Part shown: piece after piece, positions 1-11,746 of the stretch
How positions within the stretch are numbered: the first letter of the stretch is position 1
Layout of the letters: each line of letters begins with the position of its first letter
Source of the DNA: Candidatus Latescibacterota bacterium
GTDB lineage: Bacteria; Latescibacterota; UBA2968; GCA-2709665
Direction: 5' to 3'
DNA length: 64,000 bases
Assembly (NCBI GenBank): GCA_965237675.1
Contig: OZ250150.1
Location: forward strand, 2,816,001-2,880,000
Position numbers and translations under genes: made by a program
The notes under the pieces: model-generated
Database searches by the model: none
What the model was told of the DNA's origin: nothing
What the model saw: the letters and a program-made list of their open reading frames with translations, nothing else

Positions 1-568
1 CGTCGCGGGATCGGGCGGCGGCAAGGGCGTCGAAAGCCACGGATGCGGCGTCTGCGCCCGGCCGGTGGCGTACGATGTCCGCGCCGGAACGGTCTGCCCA
101 GATGGAAAGCTGTTCGATCGCGGCGGCCCGGAAAGTGTCGCAGGCGGCCAGGAGCACTCGCTTGCGCCGCAAGCCGTACCTGCAGGCCAGCTTGCCGATG
201 GTTGTCGTTTTTCCAGCGCCGTTCACGCCGGCGACCAGGATGACGTGAGGCCTGAACCACGGAGGCGCTGAGGACGGGGGTTGGACGGACCGGAGAATCT
301 CGAGCAGTTCGGCCTCAAGCCGGCCGCGGACCCAGTTTTCCGTCTGATCGGGCGCCGTGCCTCGCTGGTCGCGCTCCCGAAGACGGTCGATGATCCGGAG
401 CGTCGCGTTGACGCCGACGTCTGCCCGGATCAGGATTTCTTCGATCTCCTCCAGGGTTTCATCATCCAGCCTGGGGCTGCGGCGCAAGACCTCGCTGATT
501 TTTCCGGATAGTCCCTCGCGGGTCTTTGATAGACCCAGTTTGAGTTTTTCCAGGAAATTTCCGAGCAT
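1..568 (-). CDS. ftsY: Signal recognition particle receptor FtsY (5' part; runs off window edge)
   Basis: Manual translation from ATG at 568: MLGNFLEKLKLGLSKTREGL...EEILIRADVGV...GVNGAGKTTTIGKLA...AACDTFRAAAIEQL...DAASVAFDA, the SRP-GTPase N and G1/G2 motifs. Confidence 0.95.
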   Translation of the reverse strand, partial: MLGNFLEKLKLGLSKTREGLSGKISEVLRRSPRLDDETLEEIEEILIRADVGVNATLRIIDRLRERDQRGTAPDQTENWVRGRLEAELLEILRSVQPPSSAPPWFRPHVILVAGVNGAGKTTTIGKLACRYGLRRKRVLLAACDTFRAAAIEQLSIWADRSGADIVRHRPGADAASVAFDALAAARSRD

Positions 569-625
569 GCCGCAACGGATTCCTCGTATGGGTCTTGTGA
601 TCGGCCGGCCACCCCACACAACCAG

Positions 626-649
626 ATAGGGGCACGGCGCGCCGTGCCC
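626..649 (+). repeat. REP-like palindrome (ATAG + GGGCACGGCGCGCCGTGCCC)
   Basis: Perfect 20-bp palindrome preceded by a GTAG-like tetranucleotide; same architecture as the other REPs in the window. Confidence 0.55.
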
Positions 650-683
650 ACGGTCAGGGATCGTCTGTGGGCCGGGTGGGGCG

Positions 684-1589
684 TCAGTACGACGTTTCCC
701 GGAGGAGGTCCAGGATGCGTTCCAGGTCGTCGTCCGTGTAGAACTCGATTTCGATTCTTCCTTTTTTGCCACGGCGGTTGATATTCACCCCCGTGCCAAA
801 ACGGCGCTGAAGGTCTTCTTCCAGCGAGAGGGTCTGAGGATCTTTACCCCGGGGCAGGGGCCCGGGTGGCTCACGGCGTCCGTCTCTGCCAACCTTGACA
901 AGGTCTTCAACCTGTCGTACCGAGAGGCCTTCGGTGACAATTTTCCTGCAGAGATTCGCCTGCAGACGGTCGTCTGCAAGACCCAGGAGAGCGCGAGCGT
1001 GCCCCATGGAGATTTGTCCGTCCTGGAGGGCGTTTCTGACCTCTTCAGTGAGATGGAGGAGGCGCAGCGTATTGGTAACGGTGGATCGGTTCTTGCCGAC
1101 CTTCTGTGCGACCTCTTCCTGCGTCAAGAAACACGATTCCATAAGGGCCCTGTACGCCCTGGCTTCTTCGATCGGATTCAGGTCTTCACGCTGCACATTT
1201 TCGATCAGGGATATTTCCATCATCTCCTGATCGGTTCCTACGTCCACCAGGATGGCGGGGACGGTCTCAAGCCCCGCCTGTCTCGCGGCACGGAGGCGTC
1301 GCTCGCCGGCAACGAGCTGATATCCGGACCCGTAACGTCGAACGACAACAGGCTGGATGACCCCCTTTTCCTTGATCGAGTCCGCCAATTCCTGTACGGC
1401 GTCCGGATCGAATCTGGCCCGGGGCTGGTGCGTGTTGGGCTCGAGATCTACAATGTCGATCTCGAGCACCCGCGCGCCCGGCTGGATGTCACCCGGCTCC
1501 ATCGGCCCGGCGGGTTTTTCCAGCGGCGATTCGTCAGCGCCGGGTATGAGAGCGCCCAGGCCTCTGCCCAGGGCGTTACGCTTGGCCAT
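684..1589 (-). CDS. parB: ParB/Spo0J chromosome partitioning protein
   Basis: ALGRGLGALI N-terminus, QPR..F, GVIQPVVVR, VAGERRLRAA, ENVQREDLNPIEEA, HTH, GHARALL. Confidence 0.97.
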   Translation of the reverse strand: MAKRNALGRGLGALIPGADESPLEKPAGPMEPGDIQPGARVLEIDIVDLEPNTHQPRARFDPDAVQELADSIKEKGVIQPVVVRRYGSGYQLVAGERRLRAARQAGLETVPAILVDVGTDQEMMEISLIENVQREDLNPIEEARAYRALMESCFLTQEEVAQKVGKNRSTVTNTLRLLHLTEEVRNALQDGQISMGHARALLGLADDRLQANLCRKIVTEGLSVRQVEDLVKVGRDGRREPPGPLPRGKDPQTLSLEEDLQRRFGTGVNINRRGKKGRIEIEFYTDDDLERILDLLRETSY

Positions 1590-2343
1590 GGTTGATTACC
1601 TCCCCAGCCAGGCTCATATAATTCTGGGCCCCCGGAGACATAATGTCGTACAGGATGATGGGTTTGCCGAAACTGGGCGCCTCGCCGAGCTTGACGTTTC
1701 GGCCGATGATGGTCTTGTAAACGCGCTCTCCGAAGTGGGCGCGGGCCTCGTCGACGACCTGCCGGGCGAGATTGAGCCGCCGGTCGAACATCGTGAGCAG
1801 TACGCCCTCGATCAGGAGCGGAGGATTCAGACGACGCCGAACCAGCCGCAGTGTATTCAACAGTTTCCCCAGACCTTCCAGGGCATAGTATTCGCACTGT
1901 ATCGGAATGAGGACGGAGCCGGCGGCGGTAAGCGCGTTGAGGGTAAGCAATCCCAGAGAGGGCGGGCAGTCGATCAAAAGGAATTCGTAGTTTTCGCCGG
2001 CGCTTTCCAGCGCGACCCGGAGCCGGTGCTCCCGGGCGCCGAGGTTGACCAATTCGACTTCGGCCCCGGTGAGGCGCATATGCGACGGGGCAACGTTCAG
2101 GTAGGGTATCTCGGTTTCCCGGGTGATGTCAGAAAGCGGATGCTCCTCGAGGAGCACCTCGTATATGCACGGGTCTCCCGCGCCCACCGACACGCCGAAG
2201 CTGCTGGTGGCGTTGGACTGCGGATCCAGGTCGACAAGGAGGGTTTTCTTTTCTGCGGCCGCCAGGCAAGCGGAGAGGTTGACCGCCGTGGTGGTTTTTC
2301 CGACGCCGCCTTTCTGGTTGGCAATGGCAATGATTCGAGGCAT
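1576..2343 (-). CDS. parA: ParA/Soj ATPase
   Basis: NQKGGVGKTTT deviant Walker A, DLDPQ, IDCPPSLG, EYYALEG, EAPSFG; overlaps the parB start. Confidence 0.97.
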   Translation of the reverse strand: MPRIIAIANQKGGVGKTTTAVNLSACLAAAEKKTLLVDLDPQSNATSSFGVSVGAGDPCIYEVLLEEHPLSDITRETEIPYLNVAPSHMRLTGAEVELVNLGAREHRLRVALESAGENYEFLLIDCPPSLGLLTLNALTAAGSVLIPIQCEYYALEGLGKLLNTLRLVRRRLNPPLLIEGVLLTMFDRRLNLARQVVDEARAHFGERVYKTIIGRNVKLGEAPSFGKPIILYDIMSPGAQNYMSLAGEVINHGQA

Positions 2344-2627
2344 ATACGGAAAACCCTATACGATGCCACGCCCGTCTGGAAATACCTTGAAAATACAGGC
2401 TGTCGCGGATCGAAAATCATGCGTCGCGCCGGCGTGATCCAGTGGCGGCCTCGCCGTCGAAACGCTGAGGGAACCGCGTTTTCCGATCGGCAGAAAGCCC
2501 GCGATGGAACACGCTGCAACAGAATTGTTGGGAAAACCGCGGCCTGGGGCGATGGCCCCATCCGACGGTCCGTCCGGGTTTGGCGAGGGGAGGGTGGGTC
2601 CCCGCGCACTGGTTCGGCGCTTTCGAC

Positions 2628-5288
<2,661 letters not shown>

Positions 5289-5302
5289 CCTCGTTGTGGA
5301 TG

Positions 5303-6538
5303 TCAGGGCTTCCGTGCCACTGCCGTGCCGCCTACGGAATCGGCCGACGTGGTATACGTGGAGGGTGCCTTAGTGATGGGGTCGGAGATGGTCTGACGGG
5401 ATGGCGACGGTTGAATCTTGTCCATTTTACTTTGATTACGGACGTCTTGCCGGCTCGCCTTGACCACGTCGCGATCTTCGATATTCAGGAGGAATTTGAG
5501 AATGCTGCGCCTGCCCACAATAATGCGCAGGTCTGCGGTGGAGCCGTATTTGAGCGGCAACGGGGTTTCCACAATGCCAATTTCCAACTCAAAGGTTCGG
5601 GCGCCGCTGCTGTGTACCGCATATCGGTATATCCTGGAGATTTCGCCGTTACCGACGAATTCCTCGCGGTCGGAAAATAGATTGCTGAGGATTTCTACGG
5701 GGTGTCCCAGACGGATTTTCCACGCGTTGGTTTCCGGGACCCAGGCGTCGATCGTATCTCCTCCGCCCTCTCCGGCAATAATGAGTACGATTTGCCCCTG
5801 GTCGGCAAGCATGCCGGGATGCAGATCTCGCCTGACAACAATACCGTTGACGGGCGACCGGAGTGTGGTTAGTTTCAGGCCTTCCTGCGCCGCCTTCAGA
5901 CTGTTTCGGGCGTTGTCCAGCGCTGCCGCTGCGCGGCGAACGTCGGCCACGGCCTGCCGAAGTTCCGCAGGCGATGCGCCGCGCCGGGTCAGGTTCAGGA
6001 CCTCAAATACCACCTTCAGGTTGGTTTCCGCGAGTTCGCAGTTCGTTTTTGTGCGTTCGAGTTCCTCTATGCTCCAGAGACGTTCGCCCAGGTAGAGGTG
6101 CTCGGCCCGCTGCATTTCCTGGTTGCGGGCTTTCAGCGCGATGCGTGCCTGTTCGACCCTGGATTCCGCGATCTTCAACGCTTCTACGGTCGGTTTTTCT
6201 TTCAGCAGCGCCAGGTTTGCCCTGGCATGTTCCAGGTTCGCTTCGTTGCGCTGGATCTCCTTCGCCGCCGCTTCAACCGAGGCGGCCAGGTCGCCATTAT
6301 AGAGTTGGACAACCGGCTGTCCGGCTTTCACCGGCGTTCCAGGTTCACAATGGATGCTTTCGATAACGCGCTTGAGCGGAGAATCGATATAGATTTTTTC
6401 ACCGGGTTCTACGATGCCCTGGGCCATGACGACGTCGTCTATCTCGATAAGCGACAGGGCAAGAAAAATAACCGCCAGTACTCCCGTGATCCAAAGTACC
6501 CACTTCAGCATGCGGCGCTTGCTTCGCCTGCGCATCAT
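5303..6538 (-). CDS. HlyD-family membrane fusion / periplasmic adaptor protein
   Basis: N-terminal TM, AQGIVEP..G.PVKAGQPVV lipoyl half-motif, long coiled coil, LRSPVNGIV second half-motif. Confidence 0.85.
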   Translation of the reverse strand: MMRRRSKRRMLKWVLWITGVLAVIFLALSLIEIDDVVMAQGIVEPGEKIYIDSPLKRVIESIHCEPGTPVKAGQPVVQLYNGDLAASVEAAAKEIQRNEANLEHARANLALLKEKPTVEALKIAESRVEQARIALKARNQEMQRAEHLYLGERLWSIEELERTKTNCELAETNLKVVFEVLNLTRRGASPAELRQAVADVRRAAAALDNARNSLKAAQEGLKLTTLRSPVNGIVVRRDLHPGMLADQGQIVLIIAGEGGGDTIDAWVPETNAWKIRLGHPVEILSNLFSDREEFVGNGEISRIYRYAVHSSGARTFELEIGIVETPLPLKYGSTADLRIIVGRRSILKFLLNIEDRDVVKASRQDVRNQSKMDKIQPSPSRQTISDPITKAPSTYTTSADSVGGTAVARKP

Positions 6539-6555
6539 TACGGAAACCCTTTTTC

Positions 6556-6584
6556 TTGACAGGGGAGAAAGGCTTGTCTATATT
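6556..6584 (+). promoter_or_regulatory. Sigma70-type promoter of tRNA-Lys
   Basis: TTGACA-17 nt-TATATT upstream of the tRNA. Confidence 0.7.
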
Positions 6585-6638
6585 CATCACTTTGCCCGAT
6601 CACGCACCGATTTCTGTTGTGTGATCCGGGAACGGAAT

Positions 6639-6710
6639 GGGCCCGTAGCTCAGGGGTAGAGCAGCGGCCTTTTAAGCCGTTGGTCGAAGGTTCAAATCCT
6701 TCCGGGCTCA
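6639..6710 (+). tRNA. tRNA-Lys (anticodon TTT), CCA not encoded
   Basis: GGGCCCG/CGGGCTC acceptor stem, TAGCTCAGGGGTAGAGC D-arm, GCGGC-CTTTTAA-GCCGT anticodon arm, GGTTCAAATCC T-arm. Confidence 0.97.
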
Positions 6711-6748
6711 TTTAACTTTCTCAAAATAAATTACTTGTATTATAAAAC

Positions 6749-6780
6749 GGCCCGGATCGCAATAGATCGGGCTTTTTTCT
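6749..6780 (+). terminator. Rho-independent terminator after tRNA-Lys
   Basis: GCCCGGATC...GATCGGGC hairpin followed by TTTTTT. Confidence 0.7.
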
Positions 6781-6955
6781 TTCTCATATCGCGACGGTTC
6801 CACGATGACGCGAAACGCCAGCGTTTTTTGAGTCTTCTAAGGTACCATATCCCATTTTAAAAGTCAAGGCGATTTCAAATTCCGTTTGCGGGCATCTCAA
6901 CGATCCGCGTCGATTCCACCGGCGCTCCTGGTCATCGGAATTTTTCACGAAAGAC

Positions 6956-6984
6956 TTGACAGGACGACATGAATTCGTTATTGT
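6956..6984 (+). promoter_or_regulatory. Sigma70-type promoter of cysH
   Basis: TTGACA-17 nt-TATTGT, followed by an AT-rich imperfect inverted repeat. Confidence 0.55.
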
Positions 6985-7027
6985 TGTTGAATTAGATCAA
7001 CAATATAGTAATTAAAGCTGGCAGAGG

Positions 7028-7783
7028 ATGTGCATGGGTATCGATAGTGAGAAGATCGGCCGACTGGCCGATGCATTCGAGGGAACGGGGCCGGAAGAAA
7101 TTCTGGCGTGGGCCTGGCGGGACATGGGTCCTGCCGTGGCAATGAGCACGGCCTTCGGCGCGAGTGGCCTTGTGATGTTGGATATGGCGCAGCGGGTGGC
7201 GCCGGACCTGCCGGTTTTTACAATCGACACCGGGTATCTGTTTCCTGAAACGCTGGCACTTAAAGAGCGTATCGAGGCGCGTTACGATATTCGGATCGAG
7301 TCCTTGCAGCCGCGTTTGAGCGTACCCGAGCAGGATCGCGCCTGCGGCCGCGATCTGTACAATCGAGATCCGGATCGATGTTGCCGGATGCGCAAGGTGG
7401 AACCGCTGCAGCGGAAATTGGCAGGCCTGAACGGCTGGATTGCCGGCCTTCGGAGAGACCAGTCTGGAACGCGGGCCGGAGTACGTGTCGTGGAAGGTTA
7501 CCGAACCAGCTGCGGTCGGGACGTCACCAAGATCAATCCGCTTGCAGCATGGACGCGGAAGCAGGTGTGGGATTACATCATTGAAAATGATCTGCCGTAC
7601 AATTCGCTCATGGACCGGGGCTATTCCAGCATCGGCTGTTGGCCCTGTACCCAGCCGGCGGCGCCTGGCGCCGACGAGCGCGCAGGACGCTGGGCGGGCA
7701 CGTCCAAATCAGAGTGCGGCATACATACGCCGTTGATGGAGGTCGAAATACCGGAAGCGGAGGGGCAATTGGCAGCGGGATAG
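7028..7783 (+). CDS. cysH: Adenosine-5'-phosphosulfate (APS/PAPS) reductase, Fe-S type
   Basis: STAFG, IDTGYLFPET, CC..RKVEPL, GLRRDQS, KINPL, YSSIGCWPCT, ERAGRW, ECGIH; the CC...CxxC pattern indicates the 4Fe-4S APS-reductase type. Confidence 0.95.
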   Translation: MCMGIDSEKIGRLADAFEGTGPEEILAWAWRDMGPAVAMSTAFGASGLVMLDMAQRVAPDLPVFTIDTGYLFPETLALKERIEARYDIRIESLQPRLSVPEQDRACGRDLYNRDPDRCCRMRKVEPLQRKLAGLNGWIAGLRRDQSGTRAGVRVVEGYRTSCGRDVTKINPLAAWTRKQVWDYIIENDLPYNSLMDRGYSSIGCWPCTQPAAPGADERAGRWAGTSKSECGIHTPLMEVEIPEAEGQLAAG

Positions 7784-7888
7784 GCGGTGCCGAATAGACA
7801 GCGGTCCTGGACCGAACCGGATCTTCATTGGCGGAAGCCTGCAGGCTTCCGCCTCTGTATTTCGTCCGGAGAACCCGCTTTTGGATCT

Positions 7889-7913
7889 GTAGGGGCAACC
7901 CTTGTGGTTGCCC
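7889..7913 (+). repeat. GTAG-family REP, copy 1 (GTAGGGGCAACCCTTGTGGTTGCCC)
   Basis: Identical 25-mer at 7889, 10662, 11043 and 17363; GTAG followed by a hairpin. Confidence 0.85.
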
Positions 7914-8210
7914 ACGCGATGGCGCAGACGTCGGTCAATTGACGTCGCTATCTGCTGTGACGCACTACGAAAGCGGAGGAAGCTCTACAAGGACTGGCAC
8001 AGACCGGGATGGCGCAGCGGAAGATTTCACAGGATGAGCATTTCATTGGGAATCGAGAACTTGTCGCGGAAGGGCGCCGACTGTGTTTTCGAGTGTGTTC
8101 AGCGGACAGAATAGAGAACGCCGATAGGGATCAGACGCAAGAATCTCGACAGGCAGGATGACTGCTTCTACGATATCAGCGGGTACAATCACCCTCGAGA
8201 CAAGATGAAG

Positions 8211-10235
8211 TCAACTGTCGATGTCCGTTCCAAAGGCCTTCGAGAAAATCAGAAAGTCTGAGAAGCCAACTTCGCCATCTTCATCCAGATCGAACGAGGG
8301 ATCGAAATTCTCGTCGGCTGAGGACAGGCCGAACGCTTTCGCAAACGCGATGAAATCCGTAAACTCGACCGTGCCGTCGCGGTCGAAATCGGGAGAGGGA
8401 GGATCCCCTTCTATGACAGTTATTTGACGAATATACTGAGACACATAATACAGCCTATCCTGCCTTACACCCACAGAGAGAAAAATTTCGCCGGTTTCTT
8501 TTGAATTAAAAGAGATGTTTCTACTGAATCGACCGTTCTTGACCATTGCGACAAGGGCTTTCTCCCATTCGTCGTTTTCAAAATAAAATTTGACCGAATT
8601 GGACACGGAAGAATCGGACACCGTGCCGCTGATCCGAATGTCCTCCCCGGTCCTGAATTGGACAGGTAGTGGCGGTTCAAAGCGAGCTATGGGCCTGTAA
8701 CCCCTCGGTACATCCAAACGTGGCCGCCAATTTTTCGGGATCGGGATTAACTGAGCTCGAATTTTGCCGTTCGGATCGGCTTTAATGGTTAGCATTGTCT
8801 TGCTTCGATTTCCAATAAGGCGTACATAGGCGGAAGAGAGTTGATGTACCACCCCGTTGACGGTGACTGCGCCGGTTGAATCCGGTTTGACGGCAAAATA
8901 GTATACGTCTAATTGGTAGCCACCTTCAGGCCAAAGGACATATTCCTTAGGGAGCGGGAAGGCTCGACCTTGCGAAATGTTGTTTACGAGAGGAGCTGTC
9001 GTATAATTGAGCTTGGGGTTGAGGCCCAGCCCACTCAAAAACAACCTCGATACGTGCCGCTCGAAGATGTCTACGATTGGGCTACCGGTTGCATTCTCGA
9101 TATTTGCAACTCCAGATTTACTTGTTTGTACCAGCCGTGTCACAATTCCCGAGCCAAACTCCTCAATGAGACTGCGTATGAACATGTACGCGGCGCCTCG
9201 TCTCGCTTTTTCCGGAGAAGACGGTGCACCAAGGGCTCCCCTCACCGTATTCCGGAAGAAGACATCGACATCCCGGCGCTTGCTTCTGCTAAACTCACCG
9301 ATCAGATCTTCGGCGACGTGAGACAACCCTTCATTGAGCCATGCCTCTTCCGATTGTTCGTTGCGCACGAGCACGTGCTGATTGAAGCTGATGAGATGTT
9401 GAAACTCATGGGCAATCACGGGATCGAAGTCTTCGGGCTTAAGGTCTGGATTGACATAGAACATATCCGATTGATTTCCGTTGCCTCCCTGGCGCGCGGG
9501 CAGAAGCGCCCGGGCATCGAAAATACCCCATGCACCTGCGAAAAGGACGTTGGGGTCAGGATCCGTCAGGTGGGTGTAGAGGAAATGGATTTTGCCATCG
9601 TTGTCCACGTCAGATTCACTTCCGAATACGGATGTGATTTTGGGATAGGTCCTTGTACTGAAGCGGTCGACTTGTGCCTGGATCTGCTCCTTGCTCACTC
9701 TGCTGGTATCGGCCACGTCCACGTAGGCATTTGCCCGCTGGCTCGTCGCATAAAGGACGGCTGTAATTGTGGTATCTTCCTCGATAATCCAGCAAGCATA
9801 GCCAGGAATGACAAAATCTCGGGTACTGCCGATTTGTTGGGATACAATCTTCGCTGCCGGTGCGTGATAACCACCGGACTGTTGAAGGCGGCGCGCAAGT
9901 CCGCGTTCTTGGTTTCGCAGCGTGGCTTCTAGACTGGCGCTGTTCGGGAGGTTTGTTGGCCGTCTTGCCCCGTCAAAATGCACCATTGCCGGTTCCGAAT
10001 CGCCAAAGGCGGCAGTTACGGAGAAGCCGAACCGATGGCCAATTCCAAATCCACTGGTTTCCACGTCAGTCTGTGTGGAATAGACGATCAACTGATAGTC
10101 GCGGTCTGAAAAATCCAGTGTCAATGTGGTTGAACCTTCAGCGAGATCGACCTTGAAGGGTTCGCCGATTTTCTGAGCGAAAAGCGGCTGAAAACAGATC
10201 AATAACAAAAACATAGAACTCGTAAGGCGCCTCAT
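8211..10235 (-). CDS. Secreted zinc metallopeptidase (M30/immune-inhibitor-like) with C-terminal dockerin/EF-hand-like repeat
   Basis: Signal peptide MRRLTSSMFLLLICFQPLFA; FGSESDVDNDGKI; AHEFQHL...WLNEGLSHVAE; tail DFDRDGTVEFTDFIAFAKAFG...FDLDEDGEVGFSDFLIFSKAFG. Confidence 0.8.
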   Translation of the reverse strand: MRRLTSSMFLLLICFQPLFAQKIGEPFKVDLAEGSTTLTLDFSDRDYQLIVYSTQTDVETSGFGIGHRFGFSVTAAFGDSEPAMVHFDGARRPTNLPNSASLEATLRNQERGLARRLQQSGGYHAPAAKIVSQQIGSTRDFVIPGYACWIIEEDTTITAVLYATSQRANAYVDVADTSRVSKEQIQAQVDRFSTRTYPKITSVFGSESDVDNDGKIHFLYTHLTDPDPNVLFAGAWGIFDARALLPARQGGNGNQSDMFYVNPDLKPEDFDPVIAHEFQHLISFNQHVLVRNEQSEEAWLNEGLSHVAEDLIGEFSRSKRRDVDVFFRNTVRGALGAPSSPEKARRGAAYMFIRSLIEEFGSGIVTRLVQTSKSGVANIENATGSPIVDIFERHVSRLFLSGLGLNPKLNYTTAPLVNNISQGRAFPLPKEYVLWPEGGYQLDVYYFAVKPDSTGAVTVNGVVHQLSSAYVRLIGNRSKTMLTIKADPNGKIRAQLIPIPKNWRPRLDVPRGYRPIARFEPPLPVQFRTGEDIRISGTVSDSSVSNSVKFYFENDEWEKALVAMVKNGRFSRNISFNSKETGEIFLSVGVRQDRLYYVSQYIRQITVIEGDPPSPDFDRDGTVEFTDFIAFAKAFGLSSADENFDPSFDLDEDGEVGFSDFLIFSKAFGTDIDS

Positions 10236-10549
10236 TTTAGGCCTCGAATCACGATGTAGACCAACTTTACCTTTCGATGCAGATATGCAACGTGTTGCAC
10301 AAGTGACTAAGATAGTTCGCCTGGCGTGTCGGGCCAAGTGTATTTTTCGCGCATTAGTTGGACTCATAGTAAGAATGTACACTCCCGGCGTCCAATGCCC
10401 TGTGATCTGCGTGGTCAGATTTTGGGAAGTCCATCTGGCTCAGAACGCCGGTTGCCACGAGCGGTTTGAACTGGATGTTGGGCTGCCAGTTGATCTTAGC
10501 GCAGAAAGTCCGGATTTCATGTCAGACGCCTCAGGTGTCGCCGTTCTAT

Positions 10550-10614
10550 GCTGATGGTGAGCGGCGCGGTTTTTGCCGCGAACAAACCCCTATCACCACA
10601 ACCGGGCGGGCGAC
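10550..10614 (+). repeat. 65-bp direct repeat, copy A
   Basis: Identical to 16533-16597 (GCTGATGGTGAGCGGCGCGG...CCGGGCGGGCGAC). Confidence 0.9.
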
Positions 10615-10661
10615 TGGAGTACCCATGAAGCCGCAAGCCATTGCGCGCCGCGTTTGTGTTT

Positions 10662-10686
10662 GTAGGGGCAACCCTTGTGGTTGCCC
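10662..10686 (+). repeat. GTAG-family REP, copy 2
   Basis: Identical 25-mer; downstream flank also resembles that of the 7889 copy. Confidence 0.85.
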
Positions 10687-10756
10687 ACATAACGGCGCAG
10701 ACTTCGCTGATTGACATCGCGGGCCCGTATCGCTGACTCTACGCCGAACGAAATCT

Positions 10757-10784
10757 GTAGGGGCGACCGGCCGGTCGCCCCTAC
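10757..10784. repeat. GTAG-family REP variant (perfect palindrome GTAGGGGCGACCGGCCGGTCGCCCCTAC)
   Basis: 28-bp perfect palindrome with GTAG/CTAC ends. Confidence 0.85.
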
Positions 10785-11042
10785 CCCAATCGGTCGAAAC
10801 GCCCCGATGATGTCGAAGAGGCTCTGTAGCCGGTGTAGGGCTAATCATAGTCGCACGCGTCGCATTGTGCGACTCTTTGGAACGCGGGCGTCCCGCCTGC
10901 CCAATTATCGGGCAATATAGCGAAAGGTTCTCGTGGGTTCTGTGGTGTATGTTCACGCTGACCGCTGCCTGCTGATCGCTGTCGTTCCCCTTGTGTCTTT
11001 GTGCCTTCGTGCGAGTCGGTGTTCCGCGCCGTCGTTGCATTT

Positions 11043-11161
11043 GTAGGGGCAACCCTTGTGGTTGCCCTTCTATTGACTTCCGCCGTTTACGCTTGACAAA
11101 GCCGGTCGTCCGTATATATTGTTTTTTGCTGCTTGGTCCCGGGCAACACGGGGCCATTTTT
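11043..11161 (+). repeat. REP copy 3 plus duplicated cysM promoter/leader (copy A)
   Basis: Near-identical to 17363-17480, including TTGACA-16-TATATT and the GGTCCCG..CGGGGCC-ATTTTT hairpin. Confidence 0.9.
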
Positions 11162-11333
11162 GTACGTGATCCGGGGGTTGCAATTGAGCACCGAACGGCG
11201 TTCCCAATCCGCTTCCTGTTCCCTCAAACGACCTGCCGGCCAACACAACATACGGATCAACGCACAATGGCGCATCTGTTTCCGATGGACGGACGATGGG
11301 GCGTGCGACGTGGAGATCGAAGACTACCACTGA
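11162..11333 (+). pseudogene. higB: HigB/RelE-family toxin, C-terminal remnant
   Basis: AGQHNIRINAQWRICFRWTDDGACDVEIEDYH* matches the HigB C-terminus; N-terminal half missing or garbled. Confidence 0.8.
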
Positions 11334-11344
11334 GAGGCGCTAAC

Positions 11345-11650
11345 ATGAACGCGAAGAATGGGATGAGACCGGTTCATCCGGGTGAGATACTCGGCGAGGA
11401 ACTCGACGCGCTCGGTCTGTCGGCCAACGCCTTGTCGGAGGCGCTGGGAGTGCCGGTGAACCGTATCACGATGATTCTGAACGGCCAATGTGGGGTGAGC
11501 GCGGACACGGCGTTGCGGCTGGCGCGCTACTTCGGCACGACGCCTCAGCTATGGCTCAACCTGCAAAAGTCGTGGGAGCTTCGCAGGGCGGAGATCGAGG
11601 CGGGACGCGATATCGCTGAAAGCGTAACGCCCCGTCAAACGGTGGCTTAG
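11345..11650 (+). CDS. higA: HigA-family antitoxin (XRE HTH)
   Basis: MRPVHPGEILGEEL..LGLSANALSEALGVPVNRITMILNG..VSADTALRLARYFGTTPQLWLNLQ. Confidence 0.92.
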   Translation: MNAKNGMRPVHPGEILGEELDALGLSANALSEALGVPVNRITMILNGQCGVSADTALRLARYFGTTPQLWLNLQKSWELRRAEIEAGRDIAESVTPRQTVA

Positions 11651-11746
11651 ATAAGTGACGGCCAAATGCCTTCCATTGACTACACCAGGCCATTTTTATA
11701 GGTGATCGGGGTGTATTCCACCCGCACGACCGGGAAGAGGTTGCTT

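Noticed and set aside
7940-8200. Possible gene fragment between the REP and the peptidase stop
   Set aside because: Short frames with no motif I can recognise; cannot be supported without a search
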